DNA of 63,791 bases, the filler included. It is 15 parts of 15 records of this genome, joined end to end, with 100 filler letters (N's around TTAATTAATTAA, not from the genome) between each part and the next. Parts side by side here need not be neighbours in the genome. Positions count along the whole stretch, not along the records: positions 9,518 to 14,381 come from SRR11831586_2120; positions 14,482 to 18,413 come from SRR11831586_2125; positions 18,514 to 24,474 come from SRR11831586_2127; positions 24,575 to 27,573 come from SRR11831586_2128; 11 more parts are not named here. One strand, written 5' to 3'. Position 1 is the first letter of the stretch. Every line of letters starts with the position of its first letter. Positions 12,877 to 25,026 of the stretch are shown piece by piece. The notes under the pieces were generated by a model. It was not told the origin of the DNA. It saw only the letters and a list, made by a program, of their open reading frames with translations, and made no database searches. The position numbers were made by a program, and so were the translations under genes.

Positions 12877-12894
12877 ATAAAAAGCGCCATCTAA
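12403..12894 (+). pseudogene. insP: Y1/HUH transposase TnpA with internal TGA (12673-12675)
   Basis: HUH motif DHVHLL lies before the stop; the same frame continues LWSPGYF...RQYIEQQ (catalytic Tyr) after it. Confidence 0.9.
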
Positions 12895-12905
12895 CGATGG
12901 CGCGT
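12881..12905. terminator. Hairpin at the end of ydcL, abutting the IS609 left end
   Basis: GCGCCATC-TAAC-GATGGCGC with an A-tract on + (U-tract on minus). Confidence 0.65.
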
Positions 12906-12911
12906 CTGGAA

Positions 12912-13580
12912 CTACTTTTTGTTAACGTCAAACATGGTGGCATCGGTCGCCATGTCATCAATAACTTGTTTAATATTTTCGAAAGCCATTGGCGTACTTT
13001 CGTTATTCAGGTCTTTACCTTCGCCCTGACGAACGACTTTGATAACCGGTTTATTAGTCGCTGCATCAATCAGCTCACCTTCAAAATAGAGGCGAGTATC
13101 CATGGTACGGTGGCCTGTAGCCATTTGCGTCCCCGCAACCACTAATGCAACAGGAACCACTTCATAGAATTGCAGCCCTTCTTTGCTGGTATCTACACCG
13201 GTAATGGCCCCACGGAAAATCAGACTACGCGGCCCAGCGGTGGTAACCAGTGGTTTACGCTGCGCTATCGCTTCTTTCATTTCGGTGTTGGTATAGTTCA
13301 AAATTTTATCCAGAACTTTCTGCCCTACCTGGGTCGACGGTTTCGGTACCGGATAATAAGTGATTGGGTTCCAGACGATGCTGTCATATTTGCTTTGATC
13401 AAAACTCGGGTCTACCCAACGTAAAACAGGTTTACCTGTAGCCGAGGTTGTTTCTTTTAAATCAGAGTAATTGTTTAAAAAACCAGAATATTTATCTGGC
13501 TGGGTGATTTTAGATGCACAACCAGACAGAGCCAATAAGCCGCATAAAGCTGCAACTTTCGCAAATGATGTGGTACGCAT
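12912..13580 (-). CDS. ydcL: Lipoprotein YdcL (DUF3313)
   Basis: Lipobox LSGC; 222 aa. Confidence 0.92.
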   Translation of the reverse strand: MRTTSFAKVAALCGLLALSGCASKITQPDKYSGFLNNYSDLKETTSATGKPVLRWVDPSFDQSKYDSIVWNPITYYPVPKPSTQVGQKVLDKILNYTNTEMKEAIAQRKPLVTTAGPRSLIFRGAITGVDTSKEGLQFYEVVPVALVVAGTQMATGHRTMDTRLYFEGELIDAATNKPVIKVVRQGEGKDLNNESTPMAFENIKQVIDDMATDATMFDVNKK

Positions 13581-13880
13581 GAATAGTTTCCTGAGATGAT
13601 TATATTACTTTCTAAGTTATAGCAAAAAGCGCCGCTTCGTGTTGTGGCAAAAAAAGTGTTGGTGAAAATAAATTTTTCAGCCCCTTTTCAGACGACATAG
13701 TCAATGCCGAAAAAGGGGCTAAGTCAATCATCAGTACTTAAATTTCAGTAAGTTAAGCTGCTAAAAACTTCGACTACTGTGATTAATTTCACATCCCTTC
13801 GATAAAAATATGCTTACCGAAAAGAAGAACAGTAAATCATCTCAGCGTGGGGAATTTTCACGCGTTTTGTGCTTACCGGG

Positions 13881-14381
13881 TCATTTTTTACGTGCCAGCA
13901 TCGTGGCGAAACGCAGTTTAATACGATTACCGTTGGCGTCGGTGCGGTGCAGCTCGCCGACGTCTTCATTGTATTTCACCCTCTCCCAGCCTTCGTAATA
14001 TCGACGTAATTCTCCCTCTTTGAAGGCAAACGGGAAGCCGACGGTACATGGATAATCAGCGATATCCATCGCCGCCACAATCAGGTTGTAACCACCAGGT
14101 TTAGTGCAACGTTGCATATTGGCAATCAACCCGGGGATGGTTTTAGCCTCAAGGAACATCAGCACCACAGTCGAAAGAATAAAATCGTACTGTCTATCAA
14201 ATGTGAGGTTATTCAGATCAACGACTCGGGTGTGTAAATTATCCAGATTTTCAATGGATTTAATGCGCTCGACGTTGGCGATACTCATGGCATTTTTATC
14301 CCATGCGTCAACATCATAACCATTGGCTGCCAGGTAAAGACTGTTACGACCATTGCCACAGCCCAGATCCAGCGTTTTACC
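13881..14381 (-). CDS. tehB: Tellurite methyltransferase TehB (5'-truncated)
   Basis: SAM motif LDLGCGNG at the contig edge; C-terminus FATMLARKK. Confidence 0.95.
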   Translation of the reverse strand, partial: GKTLDLGCGNGRNSLYLAANGYDVDAWDKNAMSIANVERIKSIENLDNLHTRVVDLNNLTFDRQYDFILSTVVLMFLEAKTIPGLIANMQRCTKPGGYNLIVAAMDIADYPCTVGFPFAFKEGELRRYYEGWERVKYNEDVGELHRTDANGNRIKLRFATMLARKK

Positions 14382-14481
14382 NNNNNNNNNNNNNNNNNNN
14401 NNNNNNNNNNNNNNNNNNNNNNNNNTTAATTAATTAANNNNNNNNNNNNNNNNNNNNNNNNNNNNNNNNNNNNNNNNNNNN

Positions 14482-14866
<385 letters not shown>

Positions 14867-14920
14867 ACCTGATTTCAGTATCATGCCCAGTCATTTCTTC
14901 ACCTGTGGAGCTTTTTAAGT

Positions 14921-15196
14921 ATGGCACGCGTAACTGTTCAGGACGCTGTAGAGAAAATTGGTAACCGTTTTGACCTGGTACTGGTCGCCGCGCGTCGCGC
15001 TCGTCAGATGCAGGTAGGCGGAAAGGATCCGCTGGTACCGGAAGAAAACGATAAAACCACTGTAATCGCGCTGCGCGAAATCGAAGAAGGTCTGATCAAC
15101 AACCAGATCCTCGACGTTCGCGAACGCCAGGAACAGCAAGAGCAGGAAGCCGCTGAATTACAAGCCGTTACCGCTATTGCTGAAGGTCGTCGTTAA
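14921..15196 (+). CDS. rpoZ: RNA polymerase omega subunit
   Basis: [20 protein letters not shown], 91 aa. Confidence 0.99.
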
Positions 15197-15214
15197 TCAC
15201 AAAGCGGGTCGCCC

Positions 15215-17323
15215 TTGTATCTGTTTGAAAGCCTGAATCAACTGATTCAAACCTACCTGCCGGAAGACCAAATCAAGCGTCTGCGGCAGGCGTATCTCGT
15301 TGCACGTGATGCTCACGAGGGGCAAACACGTTCAAGCGGTGAACCCTATATCACGCACCCGGTAGCGGTTGCCTGCATTCTGGCCGAGATGAAACTCGAC
15401 TATGAAACGCTGATGGCGGCGCTGCTGCATGACGTGATTGAAGATACTCCCGCCACCTACCAGGATATGGAACAGCTTTTTGGTAAAAGCGTCGCCGAGC
15501 TGGTAGAGGGGGTGTCGAAACTTGATAAACTCAAGTTCCGCGATAAGAAAGAGGCGCAGGCCGAAAACTTTCGCAAGATGATTATGGCGATGGTGCAGGA
15601 TATCCGCGTCATCCTCATCAAACTTGCCGACCGTACCCACAACATGCGCACGCTGGGCTCACTTCGCCCGGACAAACGTCGCCGCATCGCCCGTGAAACT
15701 CTCGAAATTTATAGCCCGCTGGCGCACCGTTTAGGTATCCACCACATTAAAACCGAACTCGAAGAGCTGGGTTTTGAGGCGCTGTATCCCAACCGTTATC
15801 GCGTAATCAAAGAAGTGGTGAAAGCCGCGCGCGGCAACCGTAAAGAGATGATCCAGAAGATTCTTTCTGAAATCGAAGGGCGTTTGCAGGAAGCGGGAAT
15901 ACCGTGCCGCGTCAGTGGTCGCGAGAAGCATCTTTATTCGATTTACTGCAAAATGGTGCTCAAAGAGCAGCGTTTTCACTCGATCATGGACATCTACGCT
16001 TTCCGCGTGATCGTCAATGATTCTGACACCTGTTATCGCGTGCTGGGCCAGATGCACAGCCTGTACAAGCCGCGTCCGGGCCGCGTGAAAGACTATATCG
16101 CCATTCCAAAAGCGAACGGCTATCAGTCTTTGCACACCTCGATGATCGGCCCGCACGGTGTGCCGGTTGAGGTCCAGATCCGTACCGAAGATATGGACCA
16201 GATGGCGGAGATGGGTGTTGCCGCGCACTGGGCTTATAAAGAGCACGGCGAAACCAGTACTACCGCACAAATCCGCGCCCAGCGCTGGATGCAAAGCCTG
16301 CTGGAGCTGCAACAGAGCGCCGGTAGTTCGTTTGAATTTATCGAGAGCGTTAAATCCGATCTCTTCCCGGATGAGATTTACGTTTTCACACCGGAAGGGC
16401 GCATTGTCGAGCTGCCTGCCGGTGCAACGCCCGTCGACTTCGCTTATGCAGTGCATACCGATATCGGTCATGCCTGCGTGGGCGCACGCGTTGACCGCCA
16501 GCCTTACCCGCTGTCGCAGCCGCTTACCAGCGGTCAAACCGTTGAAATCATTACCGCTCCGGGCGCTCGCCCGAATGCCGCTTGGCTGAACTTTGTCGTT
16601 AGCTCGAAAGCGCGCGCCAAAATTCGTCAGTTGCTGAAAAACCTCAAGCGTGATGATTCTGTAAGCCTGGGCCGTCGTCTGCTCAACCATGCTTTGGGTG
16701 GTAGCCGTAAGCTGAATGAAATCCCGCAGGAAAATATTCAGCGCGAGCTGGATCGCATGAAGCTGGCAACGCTTGACGATCTGCTGGCAGAAATCGGACT
16801 TGGTAACGCAATGAGCGTGGTGGTCGCGAAAAATCTGCAACATGGGGACGCCTCCATTCCACCGGCAACCCAAAGCCACGGACATCTGCCCATTAAAGGT
16901 GCCGATGGCGTGCTGATCACCTTTGCGAAATGCTGCCGCCCTATTCCTGGCGACCCGATTATCGCCCACGTCAGCCCCGGTAAAGGTCTGGTGATCCACC
17001 ATGAATCCTGCCGTAATATCCGTGGCTACCAGAAAGAGCCAGAGAAGTTTATGGCTGTGGAATGGGATAAAGAGACGGCGCAGGAGTTCATCACCGAAAT
17101 CAAGGTGGAGATGTTCAATCATCAGGGTGCGCTGGCAAACCTGACGGCGGCAATTAACACCACGACTTCGAATATTCAAAGTTTGAATACGGAAGAGAAA
17201 GATGGTCGCGTCTACAGCGCCTTTATTCGTCTGACCGCTCGTGACCGTGTGCATCTGGCGAATATCATGCGCAAAATCCGCGTGATGCCAGACGTGATTA
17301 AAGTCACCCGAAACCGAAATTAA
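15215..17323 (+). CDS. spoT: (p)ppGpp synthetase/hydrolase SpoT
   Basis: 702 aa, TTG start; HD motif LLHDVIEDT, NGYQSLHT, TGS and ACT domains. Confidence 0.99.
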   Translation: MYLFESLNQLIQTYLPEDQIKRLRQAYLVARDAHEGQTRSSGEPYITHPVAVACILAEMKLDYETLMAALLHDVIEDTPATYQDMEQLFGKSVAELVEGVSKLDKLKFRDKKEAQAENFRKMIMAMVQDIRVILIKLADRTHNMRTLGSLRPDKRRRIARETLEIYSPLAHRLGIHHIKTELEELGFEALYPNRYRVIKEVVKAARGNRKEMIQKILSEIEGRLQEAGIPCRVSGREKHLYSIYCKMVLKEQRFHSIMDIYAFRVIVNDSDTCYRVLGQMHSLYKPRPGRVKDYIAIPKANGYQSLHTSMIGPHGVPVEVQIRTEDMDQMAEMGVAAHWAYKEHGETSTTAQIRAQRWMQSLLELQQSAGSSFEFIESVKSDLFPDEIYVFTPEGRIVELPAGATPVDFAYAVHTDIGHACVGARVDRQPYPLSQPLTSGQTVEIITAPGARPNAAWLNFVVSSKARAKIRQLLKNLKRDDSVSLGRRLLNHALGGSRKLNEIPQENIQRELDRMKLATLDDLLAEIGLGNAMSVVVAKNLQHGDASIPPATQSHGHLPIKGADGVLITFAKCCRPIPGDPIIAHVSPGKGLVIHHESCRNIRGYQKEPEKFMAVEWDKETAQEFITEIKVEMFNHQGALANLTAAINTTTSNIQSLNTEEKDGRVYSAFIRLTARDRVHLANIMRKIRVMPDVIKVTRNRN

Positions 17324-17329
17324 TGTTTT

Positions 17330-18019
17330 ATGAACCCAACACGTTATGCACGCATCTGCGAAATGCTCGCCAGGCGGCAGCCTGATCTGACCGTCTGCAT
17401 GGAGCAGGTCCACAAACCTCATAACGTTTCTGCGATTATTCGTACCGCAGATGCCGTTGGCGTACATGAAGTTCACGCCGTCTGGCCTGGTAGCCGCATG
17501 CGCACCATGGCTTCGGCAGCGGCGGGTAGTAACAGCTGGGTACAGGTGAAAACACACCGCACCATTGGCGATGCCGTCGCTCATCTCAAAGGCCAGGGCA
17601 TGCAGATTCTGGCAACCCATCTTTCTGATAACGCTGTCGATTTCCGCGAAATTGATTACACTCGCCCGACCTGCATTTTGATGGGACAGGAGAAAACGGG
17701 CATCACGCAGGAAGCATTGGCCCTGGCGGATCAGGACATCATCATTCCGATGATCGGCATGGTGCAGTCGCTGAATGTTTCCGTTGCCTCAGCCCTCATT
17801 CTTTACGAAGCCCAGCGTCAGCGGCAAAATGCAGGCATGTACCTGCGTGAAAACAGCATGTTGCCGGAAGCAGAGCAACAACGCCTGTTGTTTGAAGGCG
17901 GCTATCCGGTGCTGGCGAAAGTCGCAAAACGCAAAGGCCTGCCTTATCCCCACGTCAATCAGCAAGGCGAGATCGAAGCTGATGCCGACTGGTGGGCTAC
18001 TATGCAGGCTGCAGGGTAA
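17330..18019 (+). CDS. trmH: tRNA Gm18 2'-O-methyltransferase
   Basis: SpoU motifs HNVSAIIRT and SLNVSVA. Confidence 0.98.
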   Translation: MNPTRYARICEMLARRQPDLTVCMEQVHKPHNVSAIIRTADAVGVHEVHAVWPGSRMRTMASAAAGSNSWVQVKTHRTIGDAVAHLKGQGMQILATHLSDNAVDFREIDYTRPTCILMGQEKTGITQEALALADQDIIIPMIGMVQSLNVSVASALILYEAQRQRQNAGMYLRENSMLPEAEQQRLLFEGGYPVLAKVAKRKGLPYPHVNQQGEIEADADWWATMQAAG

Positions 18020-18024
18020 GTGCC

Positions 18025-18413
18025 ATGAAAGGTCGCCTGTTAGATGCTGTCCCACTCAGTTCCCTAACGGGCGTTGGCGCAGCACTTAGTAACAAACTGG
18101 CGAAAATCAACCTGCATACCGTGCAGGATCTACTCTTACACCTTCCCCTGCGCTACGAAGATCGCACCCATCTCTACCCCATCGGAGAACTACTGCCGGG
18201 CGTTTATGCCACGGTGGAAGGCGAAGTGCTGAACTGCAATATCTCCTTCGGCGGTCGGCGGATGATGACCTGCCAGATCAGCGACGGTTCCGGCATCCTC
18301 ACCATGCGCTTTTTCAATTTCAGCGCGGCAATGAAAAATAGCCTGGCGGCGGGCCGCCGTGTACTGGCTTATGGCGAAGCAAAGCGCGGTAAATATGGTG
18401 CGGAGATGACTCC
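18025..18413 (+). CDS. recG: DNA helicase RecG (5' part)
   Basis: MKGRLLDAVPL...LPLRYEDRT. Confidence 0.97.
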
Positions 18414-18515
18414 NNNNNNNNNNNNNNNNNNNNNNNNNNNNNNNNNNNNNNNNNNNNTTAATTAATTAANNNNNNNNNNNNNNNNNNNNNNNNNNNNNNN
18501 NNNNNNNNNNNNNAA

Positions 18516-18592
18516 TGGCGCGCCCTGCAGGATTCGAACCTGCGGCCCACGACTTAGAAGGTCGTTGCTCTATCCAACTGAGCTAAGGGCGC
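18516..18592 (-). tRNA. argU: tRNA-Arg(UCU)
   Basis: GCGCCCTTAGCTCAGTTGGATAGAGC...CTTCTAA...GGTTCGAATCC...CGCCA, 77 nt. Confidence 0.97.
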
Positions 18593-18834
18593 GTTGATAC
18601 CGCAATGCGGTGTAATCGCGTGAATTATACGGTCAACCCTTGCTGAGTCAATGGCTTTTGATCTGGTTGCTGAACAAGTGAACGACCGCGTCTGATTTTC
18701 TGATTTATTTCGCTATAGCGGCAAACAAACGCACACCGCTGCGCGTCTGAATCAAGAAAACCCGTATTTTCATGTATCAAAGTACAATTTCCCGACCTAA
18801 CGGAAAATTGTCCGCTCCTATGAGACTGGTAACT

Positions 18835-19467
18835 ATGAAACCAACGTCGGTGATCATTATGGATACTCATCCTATCATCAGAATGTCTATTGAAGTTCTG
18901 TTGCAAAAAAACAGTGAATTGCAGATTGTCCTGAAAACGGATGATTATCGCATAACCATCGATTATCTCCGAACCCGTCCTGTTGATTTAATCATTATGG
19001 ATATAGACTTGCCCGGAACAGACGGTTTTACCTTCCTGAAAAGGATCAAACAAATCCAGAGCACAGTGAAAGTGTTATTTTTATCATCGAAATCAGAATG
19101 CTTTTATGCTGGCAGAGCGATACAAGCTGGTGCTAACGGTTTTGTCAGTAAATGCAATGATCAGAATGATATTTTTCATGCCGTTCAGATGATCCTCTCC
19201 GGATACACGTTTTTTCCCAGCGAAACGCTTAACTATATAAAAAGCAATAAATGTAGTACGAATAGTTCAACGGTCACTGTGCTATCTAATCGTGAAGTGA
19301 CCATATTACGTTATCTGGTTAGCGGATTATCTAATAAAGAAATTGCCGATAAGTTATTACTTAGCAATAAAACAGTTAGTGCGCATAAATCTAATATTTA
19401 TGGCAAGCTAGGTTTGCATTCAATTGTAGAGCTTATCGACTACGCCAAATTATACGAATTAATATAA
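18835..19467 (+). CDS. fimZ: Response regulator FimZ/SfmZ (REC + LuxR HTH)
   Basis: MKPTSVIIMDTHP; LSNREVTILRYLVSGLSNKEIA. Confidence 0.95.
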   Translation: MKPTSVIIMDTHPIIRMSIEVLLQKNSELQIVLKTDDYRITIDYLRTRPVDLIIMDIDLPGTDGFTFLKRIKQIQSTVKVLFLSSKSECFYAGRAIQAGANGFVSKCNDQNDIFHAVQMILSGYTFFPSETLNYIKSNKCSTNSSTVTVLSNREVTILRYLVSGLSNKEIADKLLLSNKTVSAHKSNIYGKLGLHSIVELIDYAKLYELI

Positions 19468-19469
19468 TA

Positions 19470-19985
19470 TTAATTATAATTGATCATAAATATCGCATCC
19501 GCTTTCGCCACACCTGGCCGAACACCGCTGGCTAACGCTCGATAATTGGCAAAAAAGTTTAGTGTGACATTGCCATTTGCATCTACTTCCTCAGTCGGGC
19601 TCGCCTCCCCCAGTGCGAGCCGGGAGCGATCGCTATTACGTAATTCGATGGCGACGGTTTGTGCCATTGCGGGATCATCCAGAGCCAGCAGGTTGGTATC
19701 GGATGCCGGCGTTCCCGTAAATAAAATCGCAACTGAACCCGGAGGACATCCCTCCAGCCGCAGGCTAAAAGGGACGAGTGCCGTGGTATCGCCAGCGTTC
19801 AGTAGTTGTGTCGTAGGCCATCTGCCTAAATCTACCGTCTTATCAATATCCGCTGTGTTTACGGTACAGGAGAAATCAACAACGTTACCGTGCAAATTGA
19901 TATTAATCGTTCCTAAAGGGTCAACTGCCCATCCACTGGAACTCCACAGTAGCCCGCAGAAACAGCTAAAGAGTACTCTTCTCAT
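19470..19985 (-). CDS. sfmF: Fimbrial minor subunit SfmF
   Basis: Signal peptide MRRVLFSCFC; pilin C-terminus FMINYN. Confidence 0.93.
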   Translation of the reverse strand: MRRVLFSCFCGLLWSSSGWAVDPLGTININLHGNVVDFSCTVNTADIDKTVDLGRWPTTQLLNAGDTTALVPFSLRLEGCPPGSVAILFTGTPASDTNLLALDDPAMAQTVAIELRNSDRSRLALGEASPTEEVDANGNVTLNFFANYRALASGVRPGVAKADAIFMINYN

Positions 19986-19995
19986 TCTCCGTACC

Positions 19996-20979
19996 TCATT
20001 GATAATCGACGCGTAAATACCCCAGCGCGCTAAACGGCCCTTCGGTCGGTTTTTGACCGGTAATACTGATAGGCCAGGCGCGAAGTGTGACATTGGCTGC
20101 CGCAGCTGCATCCAGACGGAAAGGAATAACGCTATTGAGATCGTTAGGCGTGATCGGCGTATCGTTCTGATCGGCGACAATAAAACCTAAATCCTGATTG
20201 TCCGACACCATCGCCTGACCAGAAACGGCACTGGCTTCCAGACGCATTGTTAAATAAGCCTGCGCAGCAACATTCGTACATTTGACCGCAATGCTCTTGG
20301 TTTGCGGCATGACACCAGCAGGTCGATTACCCGGCCCTGCCGCACTAAATAACGATGCGCCGATATCACCAAAATCAAATTCAACAATCTGCCCGGCATT
20401 TAATTCGCAGTTTTGCGGTACTTCAACCCGGCCACCAAAACTAATGGTATAAACAGGTGTAACCAACGGATCGTAAGGCGTTGATGTCACATACACGGTA
20501 AACATCACCTGTCTGGGGATCTCCACCATGTTAATAAAGGGACGAATAACCTTTAAACGAAATATTAAACGAGAATCCATCACCCCGAATGGAAGGTTTT
20601 GCGAAACGTTAGGATCTGTTCCCATCCGAATATAATTTTGCGGGGGGAACTGAATATCCATCACACTATCAACCAGACTCATCGCACCTAATAGATAATC
20701 ATGTAATTGCATATATTTATAATTATCGATAGTTTCCTGAACAATAAAGTTGGTGACATAACTACGGTATGTATAATTCACCAGCGTACCGGGTGGACAA
20801 ATTGCTGAGACACCTACCCAGCCGGATTTTTCCGGTAAAACAACAATCTGCCCTGGCTGGTTATTGGTGCTATTAAAGATATTTGAGAGATCATAGTGTT
20901 CATCTTCTGCTACGCCAGTACTATTTGCACAAACAGTAGCCCAGGATATGTTTGCCAGACACAAACATGCCATCGCCAA
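19996..20979 (-). CDS. sfmH: FimH-like adhesin SfmH (start uncertain)
   Basis: VVLPEKSGWVGV...GYLRVDYQ; TTG start assumed. Confidence 0.88.
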   Translation of the reverse strand: MAMACLCLANISWATVCANSTGVAEDEHYDLSNIFNSTNNQPGQIVVLPEKSGWVGVSAICPPGTLVNYTYRSYVTNFIVQETIDNYKYMQLHDYLLGAMSLVDSVMDIQFPPQNYIRMGTDPNVSQNLPFGVMDSRLIFRLKVIRPFINMVEIPRQVMFTVYVTSTPYDPLVTPVYTISFGGRVEVPQNCELNAGQIVEFDFGDIGASLFSAAGPGNRPAGVMPQTKSIAVKCTNVAAQAYLTMRLEASAVSGQAMVSDNQDLGFIVADQNDTPITPNDLNSVIPFRLDAAAAANVTLRAWPISITGQKPTEGPFSALGYLRVDYQ

Positions 20980-21014
20980 TAATAATCTGCAGATTATCTT
21001 ATTGATAATTTCCT

Positions 21015-23619
21015 TTATGAGCCAGGATGTGTGCAAACTGCCGAAATAACAGTGACGGCTTGCTGTAAGCTTTGCTTCGGCAATACATAGTGCGCAATGC
21101 AGCGTGAGTTCGCGCCGTCTCCCCACTGAACCAGTAATTCACCAGACAATGGCGCACCACTTAAATAAACTTGCCCGTCATCACCCACCATACTGGTTAT
21201 TCCGGTACTGTTTTCCCGTACCAGTGATCCAAACGGCACCGGTTTTCCGCCCTGGGTAACGGTAATGAGCGCCCGCACGCCTATGCGGGTATCAAAATTG
21301 GCACGAACCAACGCGCCTTGCGTCGGCACAACGCTGCTAATATTTTTTTCAACATCGATGGAATTCCCCATCGTATTGGTATCAAGCGCGATACGGTTAT
21401 ACCGATAAACCGTGGCATACAGCATCACCGCATAGCCGCGCCAGTCGGTTAAAATGCCAGTTTGATTTTCAATGCGTACACCGCCTGCGCCAGGCGCTTT
21501 AATCAAAACATTGGTATCCCCTAAAGGCTGGCTCAGCGTTATGCCATTTTCATGCCCGACCACACCGCCAGACAGCTGCCAGTTAACGTCATGTTGATCG
21601 CGGTCGTAGTTATACCCGCCCCCCAGCGTACCGTAAGCGGCCTGCCAGTTTGCCGTGGCGCTGCCCGTGTACCCATTATTCGAGGTATCACCCTGGCTTA
21701 CGTGATAACTCAGGTTGTGGCCTTCCAGTAAGGTCCCACCTACACCTGCCAGCCAGCTATTTTGCCCGTTGCTGTTACGGTTGGCGTTAAAGGAGGCATA
21801 AGCGCGGTCGAGCGCATTTTCCCGGGTGTAGCGACGTTTGGTCAAAACATTGAAAGGCACTGAAACATTAAGTCCGACAATACGTTCGTTATCGGGGATC
21901 CCTACAGATTCATTCCACGAAAATGAGAGCGAATAACTGATGCCAACCCAGCTGCTGGTATACCCCACCTGATACCACGTATCTGAATCCGAAGTATTCC
22001 AGTATTTTTGATGGGTACCAGAAATATAAAGCGAGCCAAAGTCATTAAGTGATTGTGAAACATTTAACTGCAAACGGTCTTTACGGCTAAAGCGTAAATT
22101 GTGGTAATTCACGATTATCGGTTCATCGCGATGCTCACCGTCGTAATCATATTCGTACCCCTCCATTCGACGATACGCAACATCATCAAGGGTATAAAAA
22201 CCTTGTGTCGAATAGCGGTAACCCATTAACTGAAAATTGGTGCCGAAGGTGTTCATCGATTTCGCATAGAGGAAGCGAATAGAATCCCCCTCATGACGAC
22301 TGGCGTCGGCTAACTGACTGCGCGCATGCGTTACATCCAGCGACACTGCGCCCCAGTTCCCGAGATTGCGCCCCAGCCCTAATAAAAAGGCGGTGTAATT
22401 GGCAGATAATTGCGTCCCGCCGTAGGCAGTAAATTCCTGTGGTAAACCGCCGAGTGCCGTACCCTGAAAAAAGAAAGGCGATGATTGCTGACTATTACCG
22501 CTACGAAAATCGCCCGCCGTCAGGTCAAATTTGAAACGCCCTTCGCGTTGTAAAATTGGCACTGTTGAATACGGAATTGTGTAATTCTGCTGATTGCCAT
22601 CGCGCTCGTCGATGGTGACGTCCAGATCGCCATTTGAAGATGTCGGGTGCAAATCTGTAATTTCAAAAGCGCCGGGGGAAACATAGCTTTGATAGATAAT
22701 AAAACCATTTTGCCGAATCGTTAGCTGGGCCGCCGTACGGGCAATCCCACGTACCGTTGGGGCAAACCCTTGCTGGCTATCAGGATACATATTATCAGAA
22801 GAATAAAGCCGTACACCACGAAATCCAACGCCATCGAAAATATCACTTCCTGTATTGCCGTCTCCCATTACCAGTTCACTTTTCAGCGGAATAATGGCGC
22901 GCTGTACCCAGGTGCCAATATTATTCCACTGTTCTGAATGATATCCATTTCCGCGAAAATAGTTCCAGGAACCATTGTTGCGTAAACGCCACGGGCCAAT
23001 ATTAATCCCGCTGAGCTCACTAAAAAAATAAGCTATCGTTACCATTACCTCTGTTACCGGTGAAATTATAATTCAGGAGTAAAGCAGGAATACCTTCATC
23101 CCACTCTTCAGGCGGAATGTAACCGTGAGCGCTACTCAACAACGCTATCTGAGGAATAGTGATGTTCAGGCGCATCGCTGCAAAATCAAAGTTAATTGTG
23201 GCATCAGGTACAGCTTTCAGTAAATTGATGCATTTATTGTTTTGCTGCTGGGCTAACTCGGGAAATGCACTGCTATTAAGGCCAATTCGTTCAAGAAGTA
23301 CCTGGTTAAAACAGGGCATTAACCCACCTGATTTATCACCTGTATTTTCTGTTGTCGATTCAAATACGATATCCTGCGAACCAATGAACTCATCATTACG
23401 CCAGAGATCCACCCGATACACGCCCGCAGGTTGATGATTACCTCTCTCAAAGCGCGATAAATCAGCAACGGATGTGCCATTCTCTAATAAAAATGCCGGG
23501 TTGAAATAACTTTCCGCATAGCTTAAAAAGGAGGGTAAAATGGCAAGAGATGAATAACAAATTCCGGCCAGACACCAGGTATACCTCTGCGGAATATCCG
23601 TAGTAGTGGGTATTTTCAT
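21015..23619 (-). CDS. sfmD: Fimbrial usher SfmD, split by a +1 frameshift near 23030 (probable sequencing error)
   Basis: Two ORFs (199 and 676 aa) join as [14 protein letters not shown] when one T is removed; span = 3n+1. Confidence 0.92.
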
Positions 23620-23649
23620 AATTAGCTCTGATATTGTCAGATGATTCGG

Positions 23650-24342
23650 TTAGTTTAAGTTCACTTCTCTGACCGGAGTTACTGAACCATAATCATTAAC
23701 GGTCTGAAATTTCAGCTTTCCCTGCACTCCTGAGGGTAAGGGAATTTGTGAATTAACTCTGGGTGCAGCCATAGCATTCCCCAACTTTTGGCTGCCCACT
23801 TGTAAGTTAACCAGGGTGACATAAAAAGGTGATGGATTATGAACATTGATATAGTTACCGGATCGCGAAAACTTGAGTGTGTCCGGCGCTTCTGCGGGTA
23901 ATTCTTGTAATTGAATTGGACGGAGAAATAATTTCATGCGCGATAAAATCGCCAGTTGCAAAACATTCCTGCCGTTCAATGCATTTTTATCTACCGAAGG
24001 GATCGTCTTAACATTCATCCAGAACAGAGACTCACGATCTGCTGCCAGCGGTGGACCGGTGTAAATAATACGCAAAGTATTTTCGCTTTTGGGTTCACTA
24101 ACAAACAGTGGCGGTGTAATGATGAATGACTTTTCTTTTACACCGCTGCTGTTTTCAATCCACGAATTGACCAGAAAGCGCTCATTGGTATGGCTATTTC
24201 TAATCCATACCGCAGTCTGTTTAGCATCAGCGGGATAAATAATACGCGTGGCACCTAATGCGATCCCTCCGGCAGCATGGGCGCTGGCCGAAATGATTAA
24301 ATAAAATATAATGAGCATCAATAACTTTATTTTAGTCATCAT
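23650..24342 (-). CDS. sfmC: Fimbrial chaperone SfmC
   Basis: [24 protein letters not shown] motifs. Confidence 0.95.
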   Translation of the reverse strand: MMTKIKLLMLIIFYLIISASAHAAGGIALGATRIIYPADAKQTAVWIRNSHTNERFLVNSWIENSSGVKEKSFIITPPLFVSEPKSENTLRIIYTGPPLAADRESLFWMNVKTIPSVDKNALNGRNVLQLAILSRMKLFLRPIQLQELPAEAPDTLKFSRSGNYINVHNPSPFYVTLVNLQVGSQKLGNAMAAPRVNSQIPLPSGVQGKLKFQTVNDYGSVTPVREVNLN

Positions 24343-24574
24343 AGTTAATACGCCTTGTGTATTCCTGACGGCAAAAATAAGGAATATAAAGAAATGATTG
24401 CTTTGGTTTCTTACAACACATCATTCCCTTTTCATTTAATAAAGCGGCATGATACAAAGTGAACATGATTTCGANNNNNNNNNNNNNNNNNNNNNNNNNN
24501 NNNNNNNNNNNNNNNNNNTTAATTAATTAANNNNNNNNNNNNNNNNNNNNNNNNNNNNNNNNNNNNNNNNNNNN

Positions 24575-24601
24575 AAAAACCCCGCCGGAGCGGGGTTTTT
24601 T
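24575..24601. terminator. Bidirectional terminator after rplY
   Basis: AAAAACCCCGC-CGGA-GCGGGGTTTTTT. Confidence 0.88.
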
Positions 24602-24617
24602 ACAACTTATTCAGCAA

Positions 24618-25010
<393 letters not shown>

Positions 25011-25026
25011 TCAATCAAAACTACCA

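Noticed and set aside
15731..17620. 629-aa minus-strand ORF
   Set aside because: It lies antisense to spoT and trmH with no recognisable motif, the typical shadow ORF of a codon-biased gene.
18514..18592. Prophage at argU
   Set aside because: argU is a known integration site (DLP12 in K-12), but the contig ends 2 nt past the tRNA, so no phage sequence is visible.
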